Below are positions 1 through 14,320 of a stretch of DNA of 64,000 bases, piece by piece. Below the pieces are notes generated by a model that was not told where the DNA came from, searched no databases, and saw nothing but the letters and a program-made list of their open reading frames with translations. Source of the stretch: the human T2T-CHM13v2.0 reference genome, Homo sapiens. The DNA lies in the NCBI RefSeq assembly GCF_009914755.1, contig NC_060931.1, one strand, 5' to 3'. The translations under genes were made by a program, and so were the position numbers. Within the stretch, counting starts at the first letter, position 1. Every line of letters begins with the position of its first letter.

Positions 1-544
1 TGTGCCAGGTTTGCACATCTAGATTGTAAAATAGAGCAATCATGTCTATTCAATGTTGTTCTAAGGATGAGATGAGATGCATCTGCCTGGCACCTTGTAA
101 GTCCTGCACAAATGCAAATTATCACTGTTAAGTAAGCTTCACCATCCTGTAAAACAATCTGTTTGACTCACTTATTCCAAGTAAGATTGGCTGGACCTGT
201 ACATTCTTCTTTATTTAAAACTATCAATGTTACTGTTCATTTTTAAATAGACAGTGGCTATGATTTTTAGTTTTTTTAGCCTTACAAATGAGAAACCTAG
301 AACTTCAACAAGCAGTAAAATTGAGCAGGTTAGGTATTCCTCACTAGCAGCATAAACCCAGCAGGGTGAGGTGATTCCTAGGGCCTCCTATAGTCTCCTA
401 GCAGCCCTGATACCCTTTGTTTACGGGTCCCTGGGGGAAGTTGAGGACTTAAAGTCTCTCTAGTAGGCTTCAGAGCTCCTTATTTGAGCAGAACTGTGAC
501 ATCTTGGAGAAAGAAGAGAACACCACCAGTCAGAAAAGCCCACA

Positions 545-700
545 ATTGTAGTGGTGTCCCGGTTCTGAATACAAGTTACCTAACGCCTCTGAGCCAATTT
601 CCTCAACTATGAAATAGAAATAATAGTGCCCGTCTCACAGATACTATAACTACGAAGATCAAATTAGATCGCATATACATGATGAAAGTGTTCTGTAAAA
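545..700. mobile_element. MIR fragment
   Basis: MIR core-like caagttacctaacgcctctgagccaatttcctcaactatgaaatag. Confidence 0.6.
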
Positions 701-1344
701 AGTTGCCATCTGTCTTTGCTTGGATGGACCTGAGTTCCTGAGTTGGCTCTGAAAACAGCTTACCACGAAACAGGATAGGATTAGTGGGACAGCCTTGCTG
801 ACACAGATCATAACAGGGAGATGTCTCATTTTGACTTGGAAGTTGCACTGATATCATAGAAAATAAAAAAACCAGGTTTAACTGTTGGTTGGTACCTTGT
901 GAGAAGAGGAAGAAGGTGATAAGAACTAAGATCAGAGCATAGTAGAGAAAGTAGCCCTGTAAACAGAGGAGAAGCAGAAAGAGAGAAGGGAGGACAGAGC
1001 TTTTATTTTGCTCCAGGTTAAAAAGAAAAAAAAAAAGCACATTACAACTCTATGTTCAGGTGTCTGTCCCAGGTCCTAGAACTGGAATAGACCAACCAAG
1101 CCCAACCCTTCTTAAAAGTAAGACTAGGTGCTTCCTGATTATATATTCAACTGCCTGGAAGCATGCAAGTAAAATTTCCTTGATGGCATTTCTAAGTTTC
1201 AAACATATTCTTCCTAAAAATGCATTTACAAAAAATATTAGGATTGTGTTTTTTTGGTTTGGACTTTAAAAAAAAATTGTTTTCAAAACCATAATTGTGG
1301 CCTACCCCAAATGGATTCTCCTCCCTACAGTGAGGATTTCATTT

Positions 1345-1505
1345 TTCCAGTCCCCCCCCGCCTTTTCATTTTTGATGAACTGCACATGTTGTGGGAGCCA
1401 CTCGTGGGCCCTCAGACACGAGCAATCCTTCTGGCCGCTGCCAGTGTCCTAATAAGGGAATGAACAAGCGCCTATTGGTGAGGGAAGGGGAGTCAGGCGG
1501 TGGAT
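1345..1505. promoter_or_regulatory. Candidate SRF/TEAD intronic enhancer
   Basis: CArG CCTAATAAGG 1448-1457 overlapping GGAATG 1457-1462; GC-box-like CCCCCGCC ~1355; locally retained CpGs. Confidence 0.5.
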
Positions 1506-2131
1506 GATATTTTTGCTGATTAAAGAGGATAAGGTGTGGTTTGGCAGGTATCTCATTGGTTTGGCTGGCTCCAGACCTAGGTTTTTTCTCTTTTTTCAGT
1601 TTGAATTCTGTAGAACAGACTGCTAAGAATTGTTTTTTCACAGATCTCTAACTGAGCTTTAGGAATATCATGCTGACACAGTTTATCTATGTTGAAAAAA
1701 GATAGGAATTTGGGGTTACATGATGTTTTCATTAAAAGAGGTTGAGGATATAGGTTAAAATCTTCTCGGTCACCAGGCGATGAAGGTGATACTGGACTTG
1801 ATCAAATTTAGTCATGGAGAGAACAAGGGATATACCATTGGATATATTTAACACATGTTTAAAAAGTTTTAAACATTTATCTATGCAACAATATTAAGTA
1901 ACACCTACTTTTGCTTGTAAATATTTATATTCTCCAATTTTAAAATAATAAAAGAAACAAAAAGAGCCTGGCACTTAGGATCATAGTGATGAGTTGCTCA
2001 TCTATTTCCTGTCTGATCACTAAATACCTGCCAGTGACTCCTCTCTCCACTCTATTTTCTGAATGACTCGACACTGCCTTTTAACTTAACTGCATCTGGT
2101 CCACAGTGTTCTTAAGTCACTCATTATACGT

Positions 2132-2310
2132 CAGTGTTTCTCACATGAGCTGCAGGCTGGAATCATTTGGGGAGCTTTCAAAAGTTCTAATGTCTAGATC
2201 AGACCTCGAGCAGGATTCTGGTTTAATTGATTTGGGGCATGGCCTGGGCATCAGGATTCTTAGGCACTTCTCCAGGCAATTCTAATGTGCAGCTGAGGTT
2301 GAGGACCTCG
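2132..2310. mobile_element. MER5-family hAT-Charlie DNA transposon remnant
   Basis: cagtgtttctca...gaatcatttggggagc...ccaggcaattctaatgtgcagc...gttgag. Confidence 0.65.
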
Positions 2311-2990
2311 AGAAGCAACTGCTACTCTGAAATGCATCCTCTATTGGATCATCTGGCCCCGTAAAGGGCCAGGCAGTTTTTCTTCCTGACATTTTGAAAC
2401 CTCTCAAGAAAATACTATATATATATATATATGAAACAAGTTAGACAGGTTTCCTCCCAAGTTGGTAGATTCAGTTCGGTTGTTTAAAACTCAACAGTAG
2501 AGAATTGTGCTTTCAACCAAAATCAACTTCTAGACACATGGGTATTGTTTAAACTTTATTTTCCATGCATATAAGGAGTGAAGTACTCTGCCAGGTAGTT
2601 GAAAACAGTATCCATTTCAAAGTCATAAGTAATGAGATGAGATTTTTTATATTTTCTCTGTGTCCCTGCAAGTTATTCATCCCTTGATATTTAATTTAGT
2701 TAATACATGCCTCTTATTTTACTTTTTCTTATAATATTAAGCCAACTTCACATCCTGGAATTGTGAAATTGCTGTAGCAAGGATAGGATGATATGATCGA
2801 GAAGTTTAAAAAAAATTTTCAGATTATCAATTTTTAAAAGTAAGAGGATATGGAAGTGCAGTGCCTGCATGGAGAGAAGTTTTGAATTTTGAAAGAATTT
2901 TGGATTAATCAGGTGTCTAGAATTACTCATTACTCTCAGCTTCCTTACTGGATATTTCATTACCAAGGAAGAAGGCCATTTAGAAATTCA

Positions 2991-3357
<367 letters not shown>

Positions 3358-6300
3358 TTAAAACTGACAGACAAGTTATAAACATAGATGATATTATCCA
3401 AGGAGCATATGTTGGATAGGAGAAGAAAGGAGTTGAGGAAGAAACCCAATAAAAGGTACAAAAGAAACTACAAAATAAATTTAAAAACAGAGAATCTCAA
3501 AAAGGGAGATGTGGTCAACAGTGTCAGAGCTCTCTGTGGGATCAAGTAAGATTGAGAGCACAAAGGGACATTGGACAATTTGTCTCAAAGGACAGCTTAG
3601 AAAGCACAAGCCCATAACACAATGTCATTTTGGAGTTAGGGCTACTAATACCTGGATCAAAAATATTGAATATAGTCAATATAGTGTTCCGATATATTTA
3701 ATAATGAAACTGAACTGTTCTTTTGATATTTTGATCAACTGGTCAAGTGATTAAGATGTCTGGAACTAAAAATCACTAGCCCCGTAGAGATCCATCTCAA
3801 GATGATTTTAGGTCAACTACCAAGTAGGTTAAACTAACTGATAAACCTAACTCCAAAATTGAATGTAAACTGACAAGACAGCCCGTGATAGGGTGGATTT
3901 AACTATTTTGGGCTATTAATGACTTATCCATTGAATTTCAGAACCAGTTTTGGCTACAGCACATGAAAATATTTCCAAAGGACTGCTAAATCAAACATGC
4001 TCAGTTTACCTAGTTGTACTGAGTTCTTTTTGCTTCCCACAGACATTGCAAAAGGCCAAAACTAACACTAGGCTTGATAGTGAAAAGAGAAAGAATATAA
4101 GAAATTTGCAAGGGAAGATGGTGCAGGAGGAGTTATGGAGGTAAAAAGGCATGTGCTGGAGTTGCAGGAAAATATAGAACTGCTCTATTCATGAGCCAAG
4201 CCAAGGCCAATCACATGACAATAAAAAAGACTGATGGCACATGCACACACGTACACACACACACACACACGCTCTTGAAGCAGGCCAAAGTCCACAGTCT
4301 CACTGGAAAACACCAGTTGACTCCGTTTGACTTTAGCACCTGATCATTGACTAGGTTCAAAAGTCAAATACTTTTCCTGTCCATAATCACTTGGTCTTCT
4401 TAGTAAGTAAAATATCCATTTTCCAGCTCTGAACTCAAGGGGATTTTCTGCATATAGTTGCAACATAATGCCATCTCCAGAGAAAGTAACATGGGAATGA
4501 GAAGCAAAGAAATGCATTAAAACATTTGCATTCTGGACCAATGAGCAAAATGCACCAAGAACCTACCTAAGCAAACACTGGCAAGAAAGTTTGTGGCTAG
4601 TAATTGCTTCTGACTATTGGCAGGAAGGAATTGAAAGAAGTGCAAAGTGTTGGGGGTTCCATCTCCTGTATTTTTTTCTAAAAATTCTTCTGTCTCCAAG
4701 CCTAGCTTTTAGTAGGCTGCCGCCGCCACTCCTCGGTTGGTTTAATATGGTTTTGTCATGATGATGAAACTGAAACCTGAGAGGTCATTTCCTTTTTCTT
4801 TTTTTTTTTTTTTTTTTTGGTGAATGATCAGGCTTCACCTTCTGGAACTGATGGTCAGAAAGCGAGCCCTGCAGCCCATAGCAACATGGCAGCAGGTGTA
4901 GCCAGGTATTCCTGGTTCATATCCATGAGCCAGTATGAAGTGTCTGCTTTTAAAGCCACTCACAAAACTTCCAACAGAGTGTATGTGTGCTCTGTGTGTG
5001 TGCACATGCTTTGGTTTTGGGGATGACCTTCTCCCGCCTCTGTTACTGAGAGAAGATAAAGCTGTAATAACTTTAAACACCATTTTTGCAGTAAATACTC
5101 ATAAGCCTAGCATAGAATTGTCAGCCTTTCCCTACACATGGACTGGAGTCATATTTCATTGATCTGCCTTTTAAGGAAGCACTGTTGTTCTGTATATGAC
5201 ACTAAAACTTTTAAGTCTTGGAGTATTTGGCCTTTCCATGTTCTGATTTAGATGAATCCACATGAGCTTAGGCAGTTCACCTCTTATTCAGGTATAGGTT
5301 AGCCTCATGATGGCTATTGCTTTGTGTTTTAATGCCATATGCCTTTCTTGACTGCAGTTAACTAAAAATACTTATTAAATCCCTGCTTTATGCAAGGCAC
5401 TTTGAGAAGGGTGCTAAAAATGTATAAAACTTGACTTGCTTTCAAGAAACACATGCCATAATATGGGAGATAATACACAAATAACAGCAATAGAGCAATA
5501 TGTGATAAATAACTGGAACAACCACAGAGATTTCAGAGGCATTAAAGAGCTCCTTCTAGTTGACTTCCATGATGGAAGAATGTAGCATTTGAGCTGACAT
5601 TGATGGACAGATAAGCGGGGTCTCGGTAAAAATGGAGAGAAGGAAAGAACCACTTAAGTGTAATCAAAGAGAGCAAGAGAGTATAAAATGAAGTTGAAAG
5701 AAAAAGAAAGAAAGCTTTACTGATGTTCGTTATGCTTTCTGGCACGAGCACCTCCCCTCAATTTCCGACCCCATGTGACTGGTCCTGAGAGCATCACACA
5801 AAAATAGTGCCCTGGAAAAATGGAACATGAGTCCCCTGCACCCCCAGAGGGGAGAACAGTGGGGCCTTCGCTTGGCCCTGTCTTTTCAGCATTCTGTGAC
5901 TCAAGGCAGTTTACTTGACTGGGTAAATGGATTTACCAGTGGTAAACCTTATCTAGTTTAAACTTCATGAAATAGACCTGTACTGAGAAGGATTTCTGCA
6001 GAAGCTTCAAGCAGAGGTAACACTAATAATGCAAACCCAAGGCAACGCTGACACTTACACACGGAGAGGACACTAATGCTTGTGAACGCAGACCAGTGCG
6101 TCCTCAGCTCACACTTTACCTGTTCCTTTCAGCAAGGTGAGTTTACAGCAGAGAGGGGGAATCTCACTGCTTTTCAGAAGTAACTCATGAGAGAACAGAT
6201 CTTTTGGAAAATGGCAGCATTTTTTTGTGATTTTGCTGGTGAAAAAGATGTAAACATGTAACCTATCAAGACTATCATATCTTCATACTCCACCTTGGAA

Positions 6301-6582
6301 ACATTTTCTAATGTATTTAAAAATCTCCCCAGTGAAGAATTTCAGTAGGTTTTGAAACTATTTATTTAAAATGTAAAATTGAAACACCTTGGGATTACTT
6401 TGAACTGGAACAACTGATTGACATCAGGACAGACAATTTTTGATACAATTTTCTAGGCAAATTGTATCAAAAAATTGTGCATGGTTAGTGGGGCAGATTT
6501 AAGATATTAGTACTGTGCTTCCACCTGTCAAGCCAATTATGTGTTTCTTTGTATATCTTTGGGGATTAAAAAAATTAAGCGG

Positions 6583-6883
<301 letters not shown>

Positions 6884-7268
6884 TTAGGCTATGACTGTCA
6901 TTTAAAACTAAATGCCTAAATAAACTGAACTTAGAACCAGACCTTCACATTATCGATTACAATGCATTCAGCCAAGATGTTTCAAAAATAATTAAAGTTT
7001 TATGAACATTAATAGATTAAATTTAACATTACTTTAAATGTATCTTTGTTTTATTGTCATTCTGTCCTTTTAAATTTCTGTTCATTGTGTTTTGTAATGT
7101 CTACAAACATTTAAATAACACTACATGTAATTTATAAATGACTATACATATACGTATAAATGTATATGCATACATAAATGTATATATCAGTGTTATTGGT
7201 GCATGCTTAATTTTTAAAATTGATTGTAGTATAGTATGAAAAGTCATTTAGAAACCATTGGCTTAGAT

Positions 7269-7478
7269 CATGGATCACCAAACTTTTTTGTAAATGGTCA
7301 GATAGTATATATTTTCAAATTTGTGAGCCATACAGTTTCTGTCATAATAATTGAGCTCTGGCACTGAAGTGCAAAACAGCCATAGATGATAGAGGTGTGG
7401 TTGTATTCCTATAAAACTTTATTTGCAAAAACAGAGTGGGCTGGCTTTGGCCTGCAGGTCATAGTTTGCCAATCCCTG
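7269..7478. mobile_element. MER58A-like hAT-Charlie element
   Basis: TIR-like ends (catggatcaccaaact / agtttgccaatccctg) and 8-bp TSD gcttagat/gctcagat. Confidence 0.8.
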
Positions 7479-8199
7479 GCTCAGATGACTGAAGCTCTTT
7501 GTTAGTCTCCAGGGCACCCTAAGAAAGCTTCCTATTGTAGAAAGAAAACAGGTATAGGAACTTGAAGACCTGGGTCAATCCTGATTTTGTAATTACTTTT
7601 ATGAGTCATTTCACCTCTTAGATCCCAGGTTACCAAGTATAAAATATAAAGCTTGAATTCGAAATAATGTCAAAATTCCTTCTAGTTTCATTAATCTATC
7701 ATCTTAGATGCTCACTACCTTGCCACAAGCAGTGGATTTCAGCTGGGCTCTGAATGGAAGCAGAATAAGTGAAAATCCAATTTAATACGAGGTGGGCAAA
7801 GTGAGTTCAAAACAGTGGAGAAGGTGACAAGAATAAAAAAGGACAGAAATTCCATTCTGAAAAATGTAAAGTCACAGCTTATGGCTCTTGAGGGGTCCTC
7901 CATGGTGCTGCTGTTCTAAATGATTGTAGGACTTGCTCAACTGAAGTCTCCTCTTGCAGCTAAGATGGATGGGATCCTTGATATGGGGTAGCTGGCCCTA
8001 ATTTCTTTTATTTCTTGGGGAAAGCTGCAGAGTGAAATGAAACACCTGGAGTGGAGATTGAAACTAGAAAATGTGTGCTGCCCTTCCGGGACTCCCTTCC
8101 ACAGGGCCATAGCCTTTGGAAAGAGCCTTATACTTCGTTAAATGATTGGTCTGCTCTTCTCAGTTCTTCGAAGCCATCTTTCTGTATGTACCAAGCACG

Positions 8200-8622
8200 A
8201 TTGGCGCCTCACTAATGCCCTTCATGCCTTCCAAGCCCTAGCCAGATGGAATTGTGTGCTTTTCCATAACCATATTTCCCGATTCTGCAACCTTGCTATT
8301 TGAGCTTTCTGTACATGGAAAGGTCCTCTTTCATTCCCCCAGCTCCCAATGCTAGCCATCCCAAAAGAGCCAGCTTGAATACCACTTTCTTTATGAAGCC
8401 TCCTCTGATCCCTTAGCTGGAATTGCCTTCTTCCTCCTCTAAACTTTAAATCACTTTAAGTCTTCTGTAATATTTACCACATTCTACCTATTATCACATC
8501 CTTAACAGGTCTTAACTTCCCTACAGATTATGAACTCCTTTCAGGGGTTGAATTTATCTTGGTTTCTGCCCTCACTGGCTTGAATGGAGTAAATGTTCAA
8601 TAAATATCTGTTGAATGGATGT
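8200..8622 (+). mobile_element. L2 3' end remnant
   Basis: Ends in taaatgttcaataaatatctgttgaatggat, typical of an L2 terminus. Confidence 0.55.
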
Positions 8623-10952
8623 GCTAATTCCAGCCACCTGTGTGTCCATTTCCAGGTTATAGCAGCAAGCATTACCTACCAGCATCCCACAACCGCAAGT
8701 TCAGACTCCACCTTGGTATCTGGCAGATGGTTCTGAACAATGGTTTGCCACCTCCTCCTCAGAACCTAGGCCCCCATGCCTCCTCCTCGGAACCTAGGCC
8801 TTCATGCAGCCCCCTTGCTGCCCAGAGCTCACCACTCTGATGACAGTTCTGAATTGAACTGTCCTTGCCTCCAAGTCTAGGTTCCACGTGGATCAGTCAG
8901 GGAGAGGAATGTATACCAGATTAGCAACCCATAAGTCAGTGCCAGTGCTGTCACTTTGTAATTCAGAAATATGAACTTTTTTTTTAAGTCAAGTCAGTGA
9001 TCTTCACCACTGAAGCAGTTCCTCCTGTATTAGGTAACAAGTTTAAGGAATTAATGATTACATTGGTGATCTAGTCAGAAGACAGCATAAGCCTTATTGG
9101 TTAGTAAACTAATCTAACCAATGAATTAGGATGGAATTGCCTTGTTGGGATAGAAATCTGTTCCAGGAGAGACAGGAACCCTCAAGTCATTTAAGTGCTG
9201 TAGAATGTCTCTAATGCTCATGCTCCCTCTCTCAGAGTCCTGATTCCCTGAGTCTTAAGCTGTTGGTGATTCTAACTCAATTTGCACACACAAATGTGGG
9301 TGCTTAGTTATTTAATATTATTCTATCTGTTAAAACATTCACATTTTTATAGGGGTCTTCTATTAACTCAAAGGGAGTCTTTAAGCATAGAAGATTCTAC
9401 TTGGTTTGGTTTGGTCAGGCTGGCTTTTTACCAAATCACAACAAATGGGTGTTTGCTTTTCTCCCTCCACATTGAGCAGGCCCTGTGTTAAGCAAGGTTT
9501 CCACTGATTTAGGAAGATGATCTATCAAGAGCAGAGAAGACTCCTTGACTTCTTTTCTCAACAGTAGGGAGATGGGACCCATGAGCAGTGGTTGACTGCC
9601 AAGTCCCCTGCAAGAATAAATATTCTCTTCAATGGGCAAAGCATCCATGATTTGGCCCTTCATTTCCCATTTCCTGTCTCCACTCAAGGTTTGTCTTTTT
9701 ACTTTCTGCCACTTGTACACAAAGCTCTCCAATGCTAGCACATGGAGTGGGGGTATGAGCCAACTGGATGTTAGATAGGTGTGTGCAGGACCTCTGGAGT
9801 CAGGCAGGTAGGGTTCACCCCATTCTTGTTAGAATGGCAGTGACTTCTTCCCTAGCAGAGCTAGCAACAATGCCCCAGTGTCAGATCTATCATATATTAC
9901 AGTTTCCTGTCTGAAGAAGAGATGAGGGGTACAAGAGGGAGGAACAAGATGGGAGGCAATGCCACTCGAGTGGAAAGGAGCCCTGGGAAGGAGGAAATGA
10001 ATAGTAAATCTTTTTCCAATTAAGAAAAATGAGAGTGGAAGCAGAAAAGCTCCAGAGGGCACTTTTAGGGGAGGGAAAGATCATAAAAGGCCTGTTATGA
10101 AAATCTATTACCCATAAATTTCCCCACATTAAGCAGAGCCTGTCTAGAGAGGATGCTGAGAATTCACTCAGCTGACACAAGATATGTGACTTGATTTAGT
10201 GGCATCCACATGCTGTGTACCGTTTCCATTGGCATGTCTGCAATACCACTTTCCCTTGCAGGGATCCCCTTTAATTACTCGCAGGCTTATAATCTCCATT
10301 TAAGGACATCTTGCTTCCATTTTCCAATCGCTTTATGTCTTTTGTCAGATGTTTACCGATGTGATAGTGGTACCATAATTTGAAGCTCAACCACATGAGA
10401 TTATGGACTTTAGTATTGCATCACATGAACATTTCAGATTTAGGGATGAGTCGAACTTCTAGATCACTCTAAATATAAGACTTATCTAAAAGGAGTTCAT
10501 ATTTTTTACATTTGAAGACGACAGTGGAAATTTCTCTTTCTAGGTGATTGTCTTCAGATACGAAAATAATGTGCTTGTTTATATACCTGTGGTCAAATGT
10601 CATTGCATCCAACTTAGCCAGTAGAAATGTGAGAATATCCCTACATCCTGCTCTGGAGCAGGTGTGATTCAGTTGCATATCCAGATCTAGACCTCTATGC
10701 AAGAGAAAGAGCTGGAAAAATATAGTGCTGCCAGCCATCGACACCTGGGTCTGAACTGTTTCCTAATGTTTTACTTTTTTTAAACGACTAAGCCCAAGGT
10801 TTATTGTCCACATCTACGATGCACATTAAAGCAAAATTGTCCTTTAATAGATAATAGCAGTCAAAGAACAGCTCCAACTCAGATTTTACTTTTGATTGAC
10901 AACATTTTTTAAAAGCCTAAGTTCACTGAGGATCATATTTATTTAAAAAAAA

Positions 10953-11253
<301 letters not shown>

Positions 11254-12314
11254 TAAAATTCTTACTCATTATTTAAGACTGTTATAAACAAAGAATTCTA
11301 GGTTGGGGATGAAGAAAAGGTAAAGTTCATGAAAACCCAGGTAGTAACTGGGCTTATCTTTTTTAGCCACATTTATACCAGTTGAATCTTAAATAATGAT
11401 GGAAAGAGAGGAAGGAGTTTGGTTATTTTATTTTAATTATCTTCCTGGCCACTTAAGCATTCATAACTCCTTTTCATTCATTTCAGCTAAAGTTTAATTC
11501 AAGTAACTAAGTCAGGAGCAATAGATATCTTCTCCACCATCAACCCTGTCTTTCCTTACATATTCTTTGTAAACATTTATAAATTAAAAAGTGAATGTTT
11601 GTATCTGAGCAAGCTTATTGATTTAATAGGGTGGGGTAGATGGGGTGGTGCAAATTCTGTCCCTGTTTGTGGCAAGATGAATAGATTTTAGTTTATCTTA
11701 GGAAACTGTCATGGACTTATCCTTCCAAAATCCATATTTACTGGGGTTGGCAGATGCACTATTTCTTTTAAAAATAAATGTGAGAAAAATAGCAACTCAA
11801 TAAAAGATAAATCCAGTTTCTATTCATTTTATTTGTACTGAATATCACAAACCATTTCTGGATGTTTTAAAAGAAAATGGCACCAATTGAAAAAGAAGTT
11901 AAACATCTATCCCATACAAATTATAATCTCAAGAAATGTTTGGAAAAGCTTGTGCCTCATCTGTTGTTATAAACTACAGCTATTGATATAAACATAGATG
12001 AATCTCAAAAACATCATGTCAAATAAAAGAATCACAGAATGCATGCAGTATTGTTATGCATAGTTTATTTAAGGCAACACTGAAAAATATGCTGTTTAGG
12101 GATGCATACCATGCTGGTAATACTACAAAGAAAAGCAAGAGAATAATTCAGAGATCTTAAAATTCAGGCTGGTGCTTATTTGGAGGCATATAAAAAGAGA
12201 TAGGGATGCGATTGAAGAGGAGCACATAAGGATCCCTAACAACTGGTGCTGTTTACATTGGGTAGTAGGCACATGGTTGTGTGTCTGATTGTTCTTTAAA
12301 GTAGTCATGTACAT

Positions 12315-12630
12315 GGCTAGGCGTAGTGGCTCACGCCTGTAACCCAGAACTTTGGGAGGCCAAGGCAGGCAGATTGCTTGAGCTCAGGAGTTTGAGACCA
12401 GCCTGGGCAACATGGGGAGACCCTGTCTCTGCAAAAAATACAAAAATTAGCCAGATGTGGTGGTGCACACCTGTAGTCCCAGCTACTCAGGGGGCTGAGG
12501 TGGGTGGATCACATGAATGAACCCAGGAGGTCGAGGCTGCAGTGAGCCAAGATTGTATGAGTGCACACCAGCTGGGTTACAGAGGAGAACTTGTCTCAAT
12601 AAGTAAATAAATTAATAATAGTAATAAAAC
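12315..12630 (+). mobile_element. Alu (AluJ) inserted in an old L1M 3' remnant (~11980-12700)
   Basis: AluJ-type ttgagctcaggagtttgag and gaggtcgaggctgc; perfect 15-bp TSD aaagtagtcatgtac at 12298 and 12631. Confidence 0.93.
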
Positions 12631-13559
12631 AAAGTAGTCATGTACCATACATTCATTTGTAGGTACAATATAAGTCATGATAAAAGTCTTTTTAGCTTGA
12701 AATAATAAACCCAAACAATTAGAATCCATCATTTTAAAATGTCCTGTGAATATGTGCATGGATTCAGAAATGAGCCTGTACGCTTGGGGATCCGCCTGCC
12801 CTGGAGCAGGATCATTCTAAAAACTGTCCTTTTATAACTCAGAGTCAGAATCAGAACTCTCAGTACTCCCTGGGTGCCTTCTAACCATACAGGACCCACC
12901 AGACCTGATCTATTTGTTGGACAGGATGTTCCAGTCATAATGATGCTAAGAACCAGACTGCTATGGTATGTGTAGACACAAGAAGAGGATTTTATGTCAC
13001 CATGTACTCTGTTCTGCAGCATATTTCCCCTGTTAGGGTCTGTAATTATAGAAACTCATCCAATTATGGGATGTCACCATTGTATAAAGCAAATGTTGGG
13101 CTGGTGGTGACAACTTGTGAGTACATACATAAGAACACTAAAGCTTCCAAGTACACAGTGTTTTATTATTGAGAGCCCAAGTATGGTTGGTATGCAAACT
13201 TTAGTGACTCTCAAATATGTCTATGTATGGGGAGATGGGGTGGGAGAATGGGGAATAAATGAAGTGGGAAATGCTTTGCTTCCTTAGTAACTTTCTTCCA
13301 AGTAATATATCCCCTTGCATGCTCTCACCCCAGGAAAAGGCACAACACTGATACAGCAATGAACCCCACAATGAAATAATACAGCACTTTTCCATGAAAA
13401 TTTTTTTTCTTCTAAACCAAGAGGGCTTTCTTTCACTCTATCCTGTATTAATAACAGACCAATTCACTACAGACTACTTACTAATAAATGTCTAAACATA
13501 TTCTGATATGAAAAATATTTTTATTTTCTTGATTTTTTTTCCTCCATAATTTTTAATGC

Positions 13560-14040
13560 TTGCCTTTTAAGGAATCCAAGGAAAAAAATTCAGAGTTGGA
13601 TTTTATGTGAATTAAATGAAACCACAACATTTTGCAGACACCACATATAAACAAAATCATATTTAAGAGCCTGGAATGTTTCTATAAACTTCTTTTAACT
13701 TTCAAACATACAGTAAATCTGCAAGGCAAATATGACTCATTTCAGTAGCTCAGGATTTTCCCTCCTGATCACAGTATGGTCTGAGATTTTGCTAAGAATG
13801 TTTGAGCAATTTATAGAGCTATTTGGATATGTTTGGAGAATGTGCTTGTATTTCATGCTATGAAATAAAATCCCTGGGGGTTTTGGTACATGAAAAAGAA
13901 TAATGAAAGTATGTGTGAGTCATTTTGCCTCCAAATAGTTGATAAGCATGTTTCTAACCTACATGAGGTTTTTAACTTTTTAAGTTGGATCCCAAATTAA
14001 GACCCAGGTTCAGACAATGCCATTAGCAGAACCAATAATG
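13560..14040. promoter_or_regulatory. Candidate mesenchymal enhancer/promoter
   Basis: CArG CCTTTTAAGG 13563, RUNX AACCACA 13620, TEAD GGAATG 13673, AP-1 TGACTCA 13733 and TGAGTCA 13916, CCAAT 14032. Confidence 0.5.
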
Positions 14041-14234
14041 ATGGGAATCAAATAAAAGTAATTGACTAAGAAGTCATCCTTTTTTGAGGCTGTGAGCCCC
14101 AGGCATTCTTCTTTGGGGTGTGGCCTTCATGGGGAGTGTATTGCTGCAGAAAGCTGGGGACAGAATAGTGTTCTGGATTGAGTATCTCAGTTACCAGCCT
14201 GAAATCTCCATCGACCAACACTGCCTTCTCTCAA

Positions 14235-14320
14235 ATGACTTCTTATATGAAAGTGGACAGACAGTGGAATGCAGAAATTTTAGAGCTGATCTTGGGGACC
14301 GGTCAACTGTCTACTGGCCA
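14235..14320 (+). CDS. Candidate alternative first coding exon of CALD1 (MTSYMKVDRQWNAEILELILGTGQLSTG-Q)
   Basis: ATG at 14235 and 14247, open frame ending in phase 2 at GGC CA|gtaagt, matching the phase-2 acceptor at 22353. Confidence 0.5.
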
